A stretch of DNA of 64,000 nucleotides, from positions 384,001 through 448,000 of the forward strand of contig CAVRAO010000002.1 in the NCBI GenBank assembly GCA_963719035.1, read 5' to 3'. The DNA comes from Methanobacteriota archaeon. GTDB taxonomy: Archaea; Halobacteriota; Bog-38; Methanoflorentales; Methanoflorentaceae. The notes below the pieces were generated by a model. The model worked only from the letters and a program-made list of their open reading frames with translations, did not search any database and had not been told where the DNA came from. This document shows, piece by piece, positions 14,976 through 24,446 of this stretch. Both the position numbers and the translations under genes were made by a program. The first letter of the stretch is position 1. Each line of letters opens with the position of its first letter.

Positions 14976-15821
14976 ATGGAATCTAGATGGGTGAAGAAGC
15001 ACAAATATAAGATGCCCAGAGGGATGCGATACTCAACCTTAGCAGAAAGAGCCGAGTTCTATTGTAACGAGTTCAATACTGAAGCACTACTTGTCTGGCA
15101 GTCTTTCCGAAAAACGACCGTATTGTCCTTCTTAGTCGGAAAATATACCCAAATCTACCTCAAACAGTTTGAGGAAATCAGAGACGATGTGGTTGTGATT
15201 GACGATTACTGTGATGTTAAGGGCATGCAACAATACCTCCTCAAATACCTCCCTGAGGGGGTCTATTACGACACAAATCATTACGAAGATCTTGACATAT
15301 GTAGAGGTTGTCTATATTGCTTCGAGACAGACAAGTGTCTTACTTGCAGGCATTACGTCGGACAAGAGCTTGTTTTTGATTTAGACCCTGAAAACGTTTA
15401 TTGTCCAATACATGGCGACTTAGATCAGAAAATGAAGGCACACCAAGGCCGCATGCTCTGTATGATTGAATTCAAGATCTTGAGAAAAAAAGCAGTTCTG
15501 ATGTACCGCGAGCTCAAACAGACGTATTCTAAACTACGCGTCATTTATTCGGGTCGCGGTTTTCATATTCACGTTCTCGATTCAGATGCGGTTTATTTAA
15601 CGCGCGCAGAAAGAAGTGCGTTGGCTAAACGGTGCGCAAAAAAATTCCCTATAGATGAATGGGTCACAGCTGGGAATATAAAACTGATTAGACTCCCTTA
15701 CTCGCTACATGGAATGATCTCAAGAATCTGCGTTCCAATAGATCCAAATGAAATCGAGGCTTTTAACCCTATTAACTACGGGCCGGCGGTACCCCGTTTT
15801 CTTACGTTTGAAAGAACCTGA
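14976..15821 (+). CDS. Archaeo-eukaryotic primase small subunit (PriS)-like protein with Cys-rich insert
   Basis: ELVFDLD, YSGRGFHIHV, IRLPYSLHG AEP motifs. Confidence 0.85.
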   Translation: MESRWVKKHKYKMPRGMRYSTLAERAEFYCNEFNTEALLVWQSFRKTTVLSFLVGKYTQIYLKQFEEIRDDVVVIDDYCDVKGMQQYLLKYLPEGVYYDTNHYEDLDICRGCLYCFETDKCLTCRHYVGQELVFDLDPENVYCPIHGDLDQKMKAHQGRMLCMIEFKILRKKAVLMYRELKQTYSKLRVIYSGRGFHIHVLDSDAVYLTRAERSALAKRCAKKFPIDEWVTAGNIKLIRLPYSLHGMISRICVPIDPNEIEAFNPINYGPAVPRFLTFERT

Positions 15822-15973
15822 AGAACAACCAAAGAGCTTCTTTTGAATATATTAAACGGTACTTCTCACCTTTTACTTCCTCGCCTCTGTAGTACTCCTT
15901 TTTCTTGTTCAGCTTACCTTTGATTTTTTTTCCCTTTGTAGTATTCTTCTTTTTTTTCTTCTTTTCCGGTCAT
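15802..15973 (-). CDS. Small Lys/Glu-rich protein with repeated YY[KR]G motif, interrupted by an A8 run
   Basis: GGTG RBS, ATG 15973: MTGKEEKKEEYYKGKK; with one A fewer it continues IKGKLNKKKEYYRGEEVKGEKYRL..; missing from the ORF track. Confidence 0.5.
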
Positions 15974-16269
15974 GTAAACACCAAAAAGAATGGCATAATC
16001 CAACTATAAAACATAATACCCATTTTGCACTTTTTTGGACCTCGGAGCCAAATAGGCGGCTAAAATAGCACTTATAGCGTTCTTCTTACATACCTCGAGC
16101 AAACGTTCACGACGACCCTTACCCAAAAAAAGAGAGAAGTGAATTATAAACCAGCTGCTTTCAGAACCTTTAACGCATAAAACAGTCAAGATACTAAAAA
16201 GATGGCTAGGTCAGCATCCAATTTTGACATAAAAAGTACAACTAAACCTGTGTGACGGCTATTAGACGC

Positions 16270-17109
16270 TCAAAGTCGTTGTTTAAAAGCTGATAACGCT
16301 AGGGCGTATTTGTGTTCCCAATCTAGCACTTGTGTTTTGTTGATGTTATTATTTTCTCGAGCTCTTAAGCCCAGGGAGAATACATTCCACATATCCTGAA
16401 TAACTCGCCACACGTCGCGCATATTTGACTGGGTAGCTAGCTGGGTTTGAATCTGTTCCGCTGCTCGCTCAAAGGATGAACATAGTTCGCTATATCTTTG
16501 TTCCGCACACTCATCGGCAACATTAGCCAACATCTTAGCTAGAGTGTCAACATTTTTCTCATCAACGACCTCTTTTTTGGTGACGTGTTGAAGTTCGCTA
16601 ATCATTGTCACTAGAATTTTATGTAGCTTGCTTGGTGAGTATTCAAATATGACATCAAGTCGTGTGAATCGTGCGAGCCTCCCGACCTCCAAGGTCAGGA
16701 AGATGGCATCGCTGAAAGATGACTCATAACCATCAAATATCAGTACAGTGTCTTTCCACTTGTCATATGAAGCTACAACTTGCTGAGTTTTTACGATCCG
16801 TATCACGCTAAACACGCGCGGAGCATCACGTCCATGGACGACTGGCCCCGATTTGTACCAATAGTAAGGAAGACCCAGCTCAAGTCCTTTTTTTTCGCAG
16901 CTCTTGTTTATTAAGAATAGGATCCTGTAGAAGCGTGATGGGGTAAGTGCATATCGTGGCTCATCGTGTTTGAACGGTTGACTATCAAACTTCGCTAATA
17001 TTTCTGGAGCAACAAGCGGTATGTGCTGAAAATTATCGATAGTATGTAGCAAAGTATATGCCAGCAAGGGGTTCTTGCCGACTTCACGCACGTAATCGAG
17101 TTCCTTCAC
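16270..17109 (-). CDS. Hypothetical protein, possible Panacea/SocA (DUF4065)-like winged-helix region
   Basis: RFYRILFL..LPYYWYKSGPV resembles the KLQKLLY..AWxxGPV signature; helical C-terminus. Confidence 0.6.
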   Translation of the reverse strand: MKELDYVREVGKNPLLAYTLLHTIDNFQHIPLVAPEILAKFDSQPFKHDEPRYALTPSRFYRILFLINKSCEKKGLELGLPYYWYKSGPVVHGRDAPRVFSVIRIVKTQQVVASYDKWKDTVLIFDGYESSFSDAIFLTLEVGRLARFTRLDVIFEYSPSKLHKILVTMISELQHVTKKEVVDEKNVDTLAKMLANVADECAEQRYSELCSSFERAAEQIQTQLATQSNMRDVWRVIQDMWNVFSLGLRARENNNINKTQVLDWEHKYALALSAFKQRL

Positions 17110-17322
17110 TTAACCCACGTTCGCCTTATCGTGCTAAAATATGTGTCCTTTGAATAACTAACGTTGCTCTGGTAATAAACAAACGCTTGGCTAGATATCA
17201 ACAGTGTTTATAGAAGACTTCGAATTGTGCTCCTTGTTGTCGCTTCCATTTAAGGGGATTCTAAAATTAATCGCAGATAGCGTATATATACGTTCACAAG
17301 CCCTCCACAGACCGTGTCACTG

Positions 17323-17451
17323 TTATTTTCTGTCTATCTCATAGATATCTGACTCTGTCGGAAGGATTTCTTTCTGTTTTTTTCTTTTTCGCTCCATCTT
17401 CTTCTTCCATTCTTCGGGCGTCATCCATTCCTCACTTTCTTTTGTATACAT
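17323..17451 (-). CDS. Small charged protein (42 aa, MYTKESEEWMTPEEWKKKMERKRKKQKEILPTESDIYEIDRK)
   Basis: ATG preceded by GGTGG; purine-rich coding-like frame; below the ORF-track cutoff. Confidence 0.55.
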   Translation of the reverse strand: MYTKESEEWMTPEEWKKKMERKRKKQKEILPTESDIYEIDRK

Positions 17452-17602
17452 TGCCAAACCACCATTTTCGTTATACCAGATTATGACTTATGGATAAGAG
17501 CGCCAAACCCTACCGACTTAAAGAACACTATTTGACGCGACGGAAATATTTGTCGGAAAGCTTATAGTAATGCTTACAATTTATAGTGAACTCGGGTAAA
17601 CA

Positions 17603-17872
17603 ATGCCGACAAATATAAAAGAAGACGATTCAGCGCATGATTTGCAAGACCAAGTCTTGTCTCAGTTGCGGATGATAGAAGTATCGCACGATCTTACTAT
17701 CAAAAATCTAACGGGTATCGCCAAGATAATAATTGCCAACGTCGAAAACAATAACCAAGCATTGCAGGTCTGCACGGCAATTAATACGTGGATCGCTATC
17801 AACGGAATGCAAGGAGATATAACTGTGCCGGAACCTTTAGTTAGAAAATACGTGAGAAGGGCAATTTCATAA
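17603..17872 (+). CDS. Hypothetical protein (89 aa)
   Basis: ATG downstream of AT-rich TTTATA-type boxes; helical composition. Confidence 0.6.
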   Translation: MPTNIKEDDSAHDLQDQVLSQLRMIEVSHDLTIKNLTGIAKIIIANVENNNQALQVCTAINTWIAINGMQGDITVPEPLVRKYVRRAIS

Positions 17873-17974
17873 CAAAGGAGTCAATCGCTCCAAGCGCTAA
17901 CAAAGTAAAGCCTCCACAAAACGTAAGTCTCCAATTACAAAAAATTCCTCATTAACAAAGGAGTTCTGTAATTT

Positions 17975-18865
17975 ATGCTTAAGGTCCTCTTTCTCGGAAC
18001 TAGCGGGTCGATGCCAACAGTTGCTCGAAGTCTTCCTGCTATCCTAATTAAACGAGATGGGGAGGCTGTTCTCTTCGACTGTGGTGAAGGCACGCAGCGC
18101 CAAATGATGCGGTGTCGGACGGGGTTTAGCTTGTCTTCTATTTTTATCACTCACTGGCACGCTGACCATTTCCTCGGTTTGCCTGGATTGATTCATACGA
18201 TGTCTTTTCAGAATAGGGGTACTAAACTCACCATTTATGGACCTCGGTGGGCTGGAATCCCAAACTTGTTTTCCCTAATTAACCCTGAGTTCGAAGTCGA
18301 TTTTATTGAAGTGTCGCCTGGTGACTTGATAGACCTTGGCTCGTTTTCAATCGAAGTCTTTGCTGTCAACCACGGAACAACCTCATTCGGTTATACCTTT
18401 AAAGAACGAGAACGACCTGGCAAATTTAACCGAGAAACAGCTGAACAACTCGGACTCAAACCTGGACCGTTATATAAAACCCTACAAAAGGGCGAATCTG
18501 TCTCGGCCGGTGGTCGAGTAATCTCTCCAGAACAAATAATTGGACCAACACGTCCCGGTCGAAAAATCGTTTATACGGGTGATACACGTCCATCAGATCA
18601 CGTCATTCACGCTGCTGAAAACGCTGACCTGCTAATTCACGAAGCGACGCTCGCGGCGGATCTAAAAGAATACGCGAAGACTGTCGGCCATTCGACAGCA
18701 GCAGAGGCTGCTCAAATAGCACAAGGAGCTCGTGTTCTTACGCTAGTGCTAACTCACATAAGTTCTCGGTACGCAAATACAACGCAGTTGTTGGAGGAGG
18801 CGCGCCTTATCTTTCCCAACACATTTGTGGCTGAAGATCTTCTTGAATTGGAGGTTCTTTACTAA
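17975..18865 (+). CDS. rnz: Ribonuclease Z
   Basis: LGTSGSMPT, DCGEGTQRQ, THWHADH, flexible arm PGP, GDT, HEAT, HST, THIS. Confidence 0.97.
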   Translation: MLKVLFLGTSGSMPTVARSLPAILIKRDGEAVLFDCGEGTQRQMMRCRTGFSLSSIFITHWHADHFLGLPGLIHTMSFQNRGTKLTIYGPRWAGIPNLFSLINPEFEVDFIEVSPGDLIDLGSFSIEVFAVNHGTTSFGYTFKERERPGKFNRETAEQLGLKPGPLYKTLQKGESVSAGGRVISPEQIIGPTRPGRKIVYTGDTRPSDHVIHAAENADLLIHEATLAADLKEYAKTVGHSTAAEAAQIAQGARVLTLVLTHISSRYANTTQLLEEARLIFPNTFVAEDLLELEVLY

Positions 18866-18908
18866 GACCGAATAGAACACGCAGAGCCTAAACGTACTGA
18901 TCCAATTT

Positions 18909-19651
18909 CTAACGCGTGATGCGCTTCAAGTAAGTCAAGCTTTTGATGCCTTCATCGAGTGTTCTTAATTCTAAAACGAAAATGCCCCTATAGTGTCGAA
19001 ATGTGTGCATTGTTCGTTCCCAATTGATGTTCCCCAGACCGAGCGGCAAATGTTCATCGGCTTGACCGTTGTTATCGTGAAGATGAACGTGGTCAATTGT
19101 TCATTTGTGAAAATGAGTCTATCGCATCGGCAGTATTTGCGTGACCAATATCAAAGGTAAACCCCAAGCCATCTGGACGCATAGCTTCAATTTCATGAGG
19201 AAAACGACCAAGCAAAAAGCCAACGTTGACCATATTTTCGACGGTCGCTGTTAACTTGACACTCTTTAGCATGTTGCACTAACCGTATCAGTGCTTGCTT
19301 ATTCTTATCCAACGCTTTCTCTGGACAAAACGCAGCTAAGGGAGAAATGTAACCAGGATGGATTACGAAAATATGCGCGTGATCGGCTAATCCCTCTATA
19401 ACAGCCTCAATCTGCGCAAGGGTTTCCTGCCAAATCGGTGGGTTGAAACTAGCAATATGCAAATCAGAAAATGGGGTGTGAACGCTAATCCCAAGATCAC
19501 ATGAGGACTCCGCATACTCAATCAACGATATCAGGTCTTTATCCAACTTCTGTGGGCCTTCCGCGATAACCTCCCAGCCTTGAAATCCAACATTCGTAAG
19601 CTCCTCAAGCTGCTTAACGTTGATTAACGCGGAGGAGAAGTATACGTTCAT
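18909..19651 (-). CDS. Sugar phosphate isomerase/AP endonuclease 2 TIM-barrel protein (+1 frameshift near 19252)
   Basis: SVHTPFSD, VIHPG; after the shift ENM, FDIGHAN, HLHDNNG..DEHLPLG, FVLE; stop at 18909. Confidence 0.8.
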
Positions 19652-20571
19652 TTCAAGCTCTCGTTTGTGATTGTGTCAATGAGCTTTTCAGGTAAAGGCG
19701 CCACAACGCGAACAAAGATTGGCCCTAACGGATCCTGTGAGAAGTTAACTTTCCCCACCAATGCAACTTGCTTATTCAAAGAGAATTCAAAAGAATCCAA
19801 CATGAGGCCCTTCATAAGCTCAGCTTTCGCGGCCGCCCGAATTCGCTGCTTACGAAGAAGGGTGCTAAATGTTTCAAGGGTGCCGCTTGTTCCTTCTATA
19901 AAATTGTCTACGCGCTCCAAAGCGGCGTCAGGAAATATGTTCAGAATGGCGCGTTCTACTTTTTCTTGAATCTCTGTTTCGTAAATCGCCGTCCTTATGC
20001 TTATCGTGACAGTGTTATTCGATGCCGGTTGAATGAGTCGTTCAAGCAAATTAGATACTTTAGAGTTAAGTTCTTCAAGAGTCCCCTCGTTTTCTATAGA
20101 ATATTCAGCGGCTTCTAGCGCTTCTTCAAGACCCCACGCTAACTCACGCTGATCTTTTTCTTCAAAACGTTGAAGACTACGCGCATCGTCAGGGCGACTT
20201 CTGCCTTTAACCCTTTTAAACCTAACTTTAGGGCCTGCGATTATCGCAATTAGTTTAAAATCACCCTTAAACTCTCTTTTAAAAGCGTTGACCTCAGCTA
20301 TTCCCCTAATACCATCTATCACGACTTTTTGAGATGTGAGGCCGTACACAACCGGGATGCACATCTTAGCTATCACATCCATCCCGTGATCCGCACGCAA
20401 TTTATTAGCGATTGTTCCGACGTTCTTTTCACTCAGCTCAATACCTGACCTATGCATATGGGATCGTACTGCATCACCCATAGCCACTGGGAAAAATCCT
20501 TCAGTTTGAGCAATAGCAGCTGCTTCAGATTTGCCCGATCCCGGAAATCCTACAAACCCAATAACTAACAA
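19648..20571 (-). CDS. Dephospho-CoA kinase-like P-loop kinase fused to UPF0201/DUF54 RNA-binding domain
   Basis: GFPGSGKS, MGDAVR, DGIR, IENEGTLEE, then IYETE..KVERAILNIFP..LNKQVA; TTG 20571 after GGAG. Confidence 0.8.
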   Translation of the reverse strand: MLVIGFVGFPGSGKSEAAAIAQTEGFFPVAMGDAVRSHMHRSGIELSEKNVGTIANKLRADHGMDVIAKMCIPVVYGLTSQKVVIDGIRGIAEVNAFKREFKGDFKLIAIIAGPKVRFKRVKGRSRPDDARSLQRFEEKDQRELAWGLEEALEAAEYSIENEGTLEELNSKVSNLLERLIQPASNNTVTISIRTAIYETEIQEKVERAILNIFPDAALERVDNFIEGTSGTLETFSTLLRKQRIRAAAKAELMKGLMLDSFEFSLNKQVALVGKVNFSQDPLGPIFVRVVAPLPEKLIDTITNESLK

Positions 20572-20599
20572 GTCGTCTCCTTTGTGAGTGAATTCGCGC

Positions 20600-21347
20600 T
20601 TAAGCAATTTCTTCGTCGCCTTTTTCTAGCGTTCGAATTCTCAATGGGCGGCGACATTGGATTGCTAGCTTAGCTATCTCGTCGCGTGTTAACGTGGTCA
20701 GATCTGTTTGCGCACACATTTCGGTTCTGCCCTGCTGTAGCGCATAAGGAACAGTCCTAAAATCATTCACCATCTCTATAACCTCGTCCGGGCTTAGCAA
20801 CTCTTTAAAGAGTGTCGTTCTTAACTCAAACTCCTGCAGTATGTTTGCAGCTAACGCTTCGCAACCGATTTCAATTGTTCGTTTAATCTTATTGATAAAA
20901 GTACCTAGCTTTGACGGCTCCGACGATTCGTGCATATTTTTGCGGATCAGAAAGGGGCGCCTTAACGTCGACAAAAAGCCCGTCAAGCAGCTGAGCAGCG
21001 ATCAACGTCGCCAGTACGTCAGGGAAAGATCCATTAGTCTCTATTCCTACGAGAAGTCCTTCGTTCTTCGCTTCTTGTGCTAGCAATTGAAGCAAGTTGA
21101 GATGTAGCGTTGGTTCGCCGCCCGAAAAAACTATTGCGCTAACATAGTCCTTATTTCGTTGAATTTCGCGTAGTAACGCATCCGAATTATTTGGCTGTGA
21201 TGCGCCCCAAATTTTGTAGTTTTGACAGTAGCTACATTTGAAGTTGCACCCGCGTAAAAAAACAACCATTGAAGCTTTACCGGGCCAGTCAATAGTCGAG
21301 AATGGTACTACGATTGATTTGTCGAAATTATCTAGGTTTAATTGCAC
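20600..21347 (-). CDS. Anaerobic ribonucleotide reductase activating-type radical SAM protein (+1 frameshift near 20903)
   Basis: STIDWPG, GCNFKCSYCQN, SGGEPT, ETNGS, DVKAP, then ELRTT in the other frame. Confidence 0.85.
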
Positions 21348-21394
21348 GAAATACCAACTTCAGAGGGAACGTCCTTAATGTCAATGACCCAAGG

Positions 21395-22456
21395 TCAGCT
21401 AAATAGTATGCTCGGGGGAGACTCCACTTTGATCTTGCTTAGGGCATAGTCGAAATGCTCCACCTTCACCTCTGTCTCATCTATAATCGCTTGGTGCAGC
21501 GCGATCTTCAACACTTTCTCCACAAGATCCCTGCCGGAAAAACCCTGCGTTAGACTTGCTACTCTTTTAAGATCCGCTGTTTCATGGAGCTCTAGAGGGA
21601 AGGTTCGCGAGTAATTCACGAGGATCTGCAGCCGCTCTTCTCGGTTTGGAAGAGAGAATTCTATCTCCTCTTCAAACCTGCTTCTAACGGAATGATCCAG
21701 CGCGCTGTGCCGGTTTGTGGCCCCTATAGTGCAGATGCCTGATCTGTCCTCAATACCGTCCATCTCTGTAAGGAGCGCATTTACAATTTCCAGGACGTCT
21801 CCCCGAAGCTCCTGGTAACTTCGGTCAAGTCCTATCGCATCAAGCTCATCAAAAAATAAGATACACGGAGCCAGATCTTTTGCCCGCGAATAGAGAAGAT
21901 GTATTCTAGCCGACCCCTCGCCAACGTGCTCGCCGATTAACTGGGTCGACTTGACCGTCAGTATTGGAGCGTCTGTTATACTCGACAATGCCTTCGCCAT
22001 CATTGTTTTTCCAGTTCCGGACGGGCCAAAAAACAGAATGTTCTTCGGAGCCCACCTGCCGAAGCTTTCAGGATCTTTCAAATATCTTTCGATGAGTCTA
22101 CATTTTTTCTTTGCACTTTCTTGTCCGATGATGTCCTCAAGGCTTACTCCAGCAGCAATGTGAGGTATGGTATTCTCTGTCTCCTGCACCACGATTACAG
22201 TTGATTTACCAATCGTCGCCTGTTTAGGCTCCACATTCATAATTTCAAAAGCAAAATCGGGATACATCCTCCTATCGAACAAGTAGTCCCCTTTCTTCAC
22301 AGAAGCGCCAAACCATTGCTCTTTCGCGTAATAATCGAATACTCGGGGTTCGCTTACCTCTGGGTGTTCGAAATCACTCTTCATCGGATACCCCGCCGGT
22401 TTTAACACGATGAATTTGGCAGAAGTTGGCGAAGCTTTAATAGCTGATTCGCTCAT
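21395..22456 (-). CDS. Archaeal AAA+ ATPase (COG1223-type)
   Basis: WAPKNILFFGPSGTGKT, Walker B FFDELD, RSRFEEEIEF, SGRD. Confidence 0.9.
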   Translation of the reverse strand: MSESAIKASPTSAKFIVLKPAGYPMKSDFEHPEVSEPRVFDYYAKEQWFGASVKKGDYLFDRRMYPDFAFEIMNVEPKQATIGKSTVIVVQETENTIPHIAAGVSLEDIIGQESAKKKCRLIERYLKDPESFGRWAPKNILFFGPSGTGKTMMAKALSSITDAPILTVKSTQLIGEHVGEGSARIHLLYSRAKDLAPCILFFDELDAIGLDRSYQELRGDVLEIVNALLTEMDGIEDRSGICTIGATNRHSALDHSVRSRFEEEIEFSLPNREERLQILVNYSRTFPLELHETADLKRVASLTQGFSGRDLVEKVLKIALHQAIIDETEVKVEHFDYALSKIKVESPPSILFS

Positions 22457-22504
22457 TTTTCTCTCTTGAGTGAACCATTATTAGAGTCAAGCATTAAAGT
22501 GTTT

Positions 22505-23077
22505 ATGATGCCCACTGACAGTATTAGAGCCTTCATTGGAATTGACCTCGATAGCAAGACTCGAGAGAGACTCCTTGCGGTACAACGTGACAAGCTGAAA
22601 ATGGACCAATTTTCATCAGTCAAGGCGGTTGATCCCGGAATAGCTCATATAACCCTAAGCTTCCTCGGAAATAAGACATCTTCTGAGCTTTCGCTCATTG
22701 TTGAAGCGTTGCGCTCTATCTCGTTTCATCCATTCTGTATAACACTTTGCGGCATTGGTGTCTTTCCGAACATGAAAAAAATAAGGGTCATACACGTAGG
22801 ATTGAGCGACTCTCAGGACATAAAAACGTTGTACGAACTAATTGTTGAAGCGCTGAAAGGAAAGCATAAACCGGACAACAGAAAATTCGATCCACATATC
22901 ACCTTAGGACGAGTTAAGCGTGCCATTCCTGAGGAACTGCCACTACTAGCTGCCACCATAGCCCCTCTTTCCACGTCATTTGTCGGCCAACTCGATATCT
23001 CCTCTTTTCAGCTAAAAAAAAGCACCTTGACTCCAACGGGTCCTATATATGATACGCTCGAGGAATTCCGATTATGA
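22505..23077 (+). CDS. thpR: RNA 2',3'-cyclic phosphodiesterase
   Basis: Two HITL motifs, RAFIGI, STLTPTGPIY; overlaps the cca start. Confidence 0.93.
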   Translation: MMPTDSIRAFIGIDLDSKTRERLLAVQRDKLKMDQFSSVKAVDPGIAHITLSFLGNKTSSELSLIVEALRSISFHPFCITLCGIGVFPNMKKIRVIHVGLSDSQDIKTLYELIVEALKGKHKPDNRKFDPHITLGRVKRAIPEELPLLAATIAPLSTSFVGQLDISSFQLKKSTLTPTGPIYDTLEEFRL

Positions 23078-24444
23078 AGAATGAATTCACCCGGGTACAA
23101 ATGGAGGTGCTGAAAAGAATCCGACCGTCACGAGATGAGCGTGACCGTCTACATCGAGTCACACAACAGGTGATTTCAGCAGCACAAAGCGCCATTAACG
23201 CCAGGAGCTTAACTGCTACGGTAAAAGTAATTGGCTCTGCGGCACGTGACACGTGGATCTCAGGCGAGCACGATATCGACATATTCATTGGATTTGACGT
23301 TACCACGTCGCGCGAAGACCTTGAACGCTACGGACTAGAGATAGGGAAAGAGATTGCAGTTCAAGGCTATGTTATAGGCTATGCTGAGCATCCCTACGTA
23401 AAAGCACGCTGTGGCGACTTCGCTATCGATGTCGTGCCTTATTATATCATCGAGAATGCGGACCAGCTGCTCTCCGCAGTCGACAGAACTCCGTTTCATG
23501 AGCAATATGTGGGTGAGCACCTAGGCGCAAGACATGATGATGTCAGGCTGCTCAAACAATTTCTGAAAGGAGCGGGGATATACGGCGCAGAACTGCGCGT
23601 CAAAGGATTCTCTGGGTACCTCTGCGAGCTACTCGTCATCAAGTACGGCTCCTTTGCGGACGTGCTGTCAAATGCGCAAGATTGGAAGGTGGGAACCTAC
23701 ATAACTTTAGCCAGCGAACACGTTCGGAGCTCCTTCGACAGTCCGCTGGCGGTCATCGATCCGGTGGATGCAAGGCGTAACGTAGCTGCCGCTGTCTCTC
23801 TCGATAGTTTCTCTACGTTTGTTGATTCTGCAAGAAGTTTTCTGGAAAAGCCGTGTGCGAAGTGTTTTTTCCCCCCAAAAAGAGTCCCTCTCGACGTTCG
23901 CGCCTTCCGTGCAATTGCAAAAAAACGAAAGACGACGCTTTTTGGAGTAAGATTCACCTTACCAAACCTCGTTGATGACATCGCATACCCGCAGCTCGAG
24001 CGTGCGTTTAAAGGAATGTCGGTAGCCCTGCTGCAGCAAGGCTTTTCCGCACTGCGAGGCGACATCTTTTACGTTCAAGGGGAGGCACTCTTGCTGTTTG
24101 AGATGCTCGTCTCGCAACTCCCCTCAGTGGAGAGGCGCTTAGGCCCGCCAATAGACAAAAAACGTCACTCGATTAAGTTCAAGGAGAGATACGCCAATGA
24201 CGCGTTGGTACTTACGAAACCGTTCATCCAAGATGGACGCTACGTTGTTGAGCTTCATCGTAAGTATCTCACCTTCCCAGAATACTTAACTAAAGAGTTC
24301 AAGAATATCCGGACGAGCAAAGCAATCGTGCAAGCTATGGAAAAGGGATTTCAGATACTAAAAGACGAAGAGCTCCTTGAAAGCGATGGAATGGGGCTTT
24401 TTTTAGCTCACTATTTTGACAAGATGCTAAACAACTGCGATTAG
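23074..24444 (+). CDS. cca: CCA-adding enzyme (class I)
   Basis: GSAARDTW..DIDIF, YAEHPYV, DRTPFH, GFSGYLCELL. Confidence 0.97.
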   Translation: MKNEFTRVQMEVLKRIRPSRDERDRLHRVTQQVISAAQSAINARSLTATVKVIGSAARDTWISGEHDIDIFIGFDVTTSREDLERYGLEIGKEIAVQGYVIGYAEHPYVKARCGDFAIDVVPYYIIENADQLLSAVDRTPFHEQYVGEHLGARHDDVRLLKQFLKGAGIYGAELRVKGFSGYLCELLVIKYGSFADVLSNAQDWKVGTYITLASEHVRSSFDSPLAVIDPVDARRNVAAAVSLDSFSTFVDSARSFLEKPCAKCFFPPKRVPLDVRAFRAIAKKRKTTLFGVRFTLPNLVDDIAYPQLERAFKGMSVALLQQGFSALRGDIFYVQGEALLLFEMLVSQLPSVERRLGPPIDKKRHSIKFKERYANDALVLTKPFIQDGRYVVELHRKYLTFPEYLTKEFKNIRTSKAIVQAMEKGFQILKDEELLESDGMGLFLAHYFDKMLNNCD

Positions 24445-24446
24445 GA

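Noticed and set aside
10960-17900. Provirus or integrated plasmid at tRNA-Ser containing the PriS-like gene
   Set aside because: No repeat of the tRNA 3' end, no integrase or structural genes, and housekeeping hisG lies inside.
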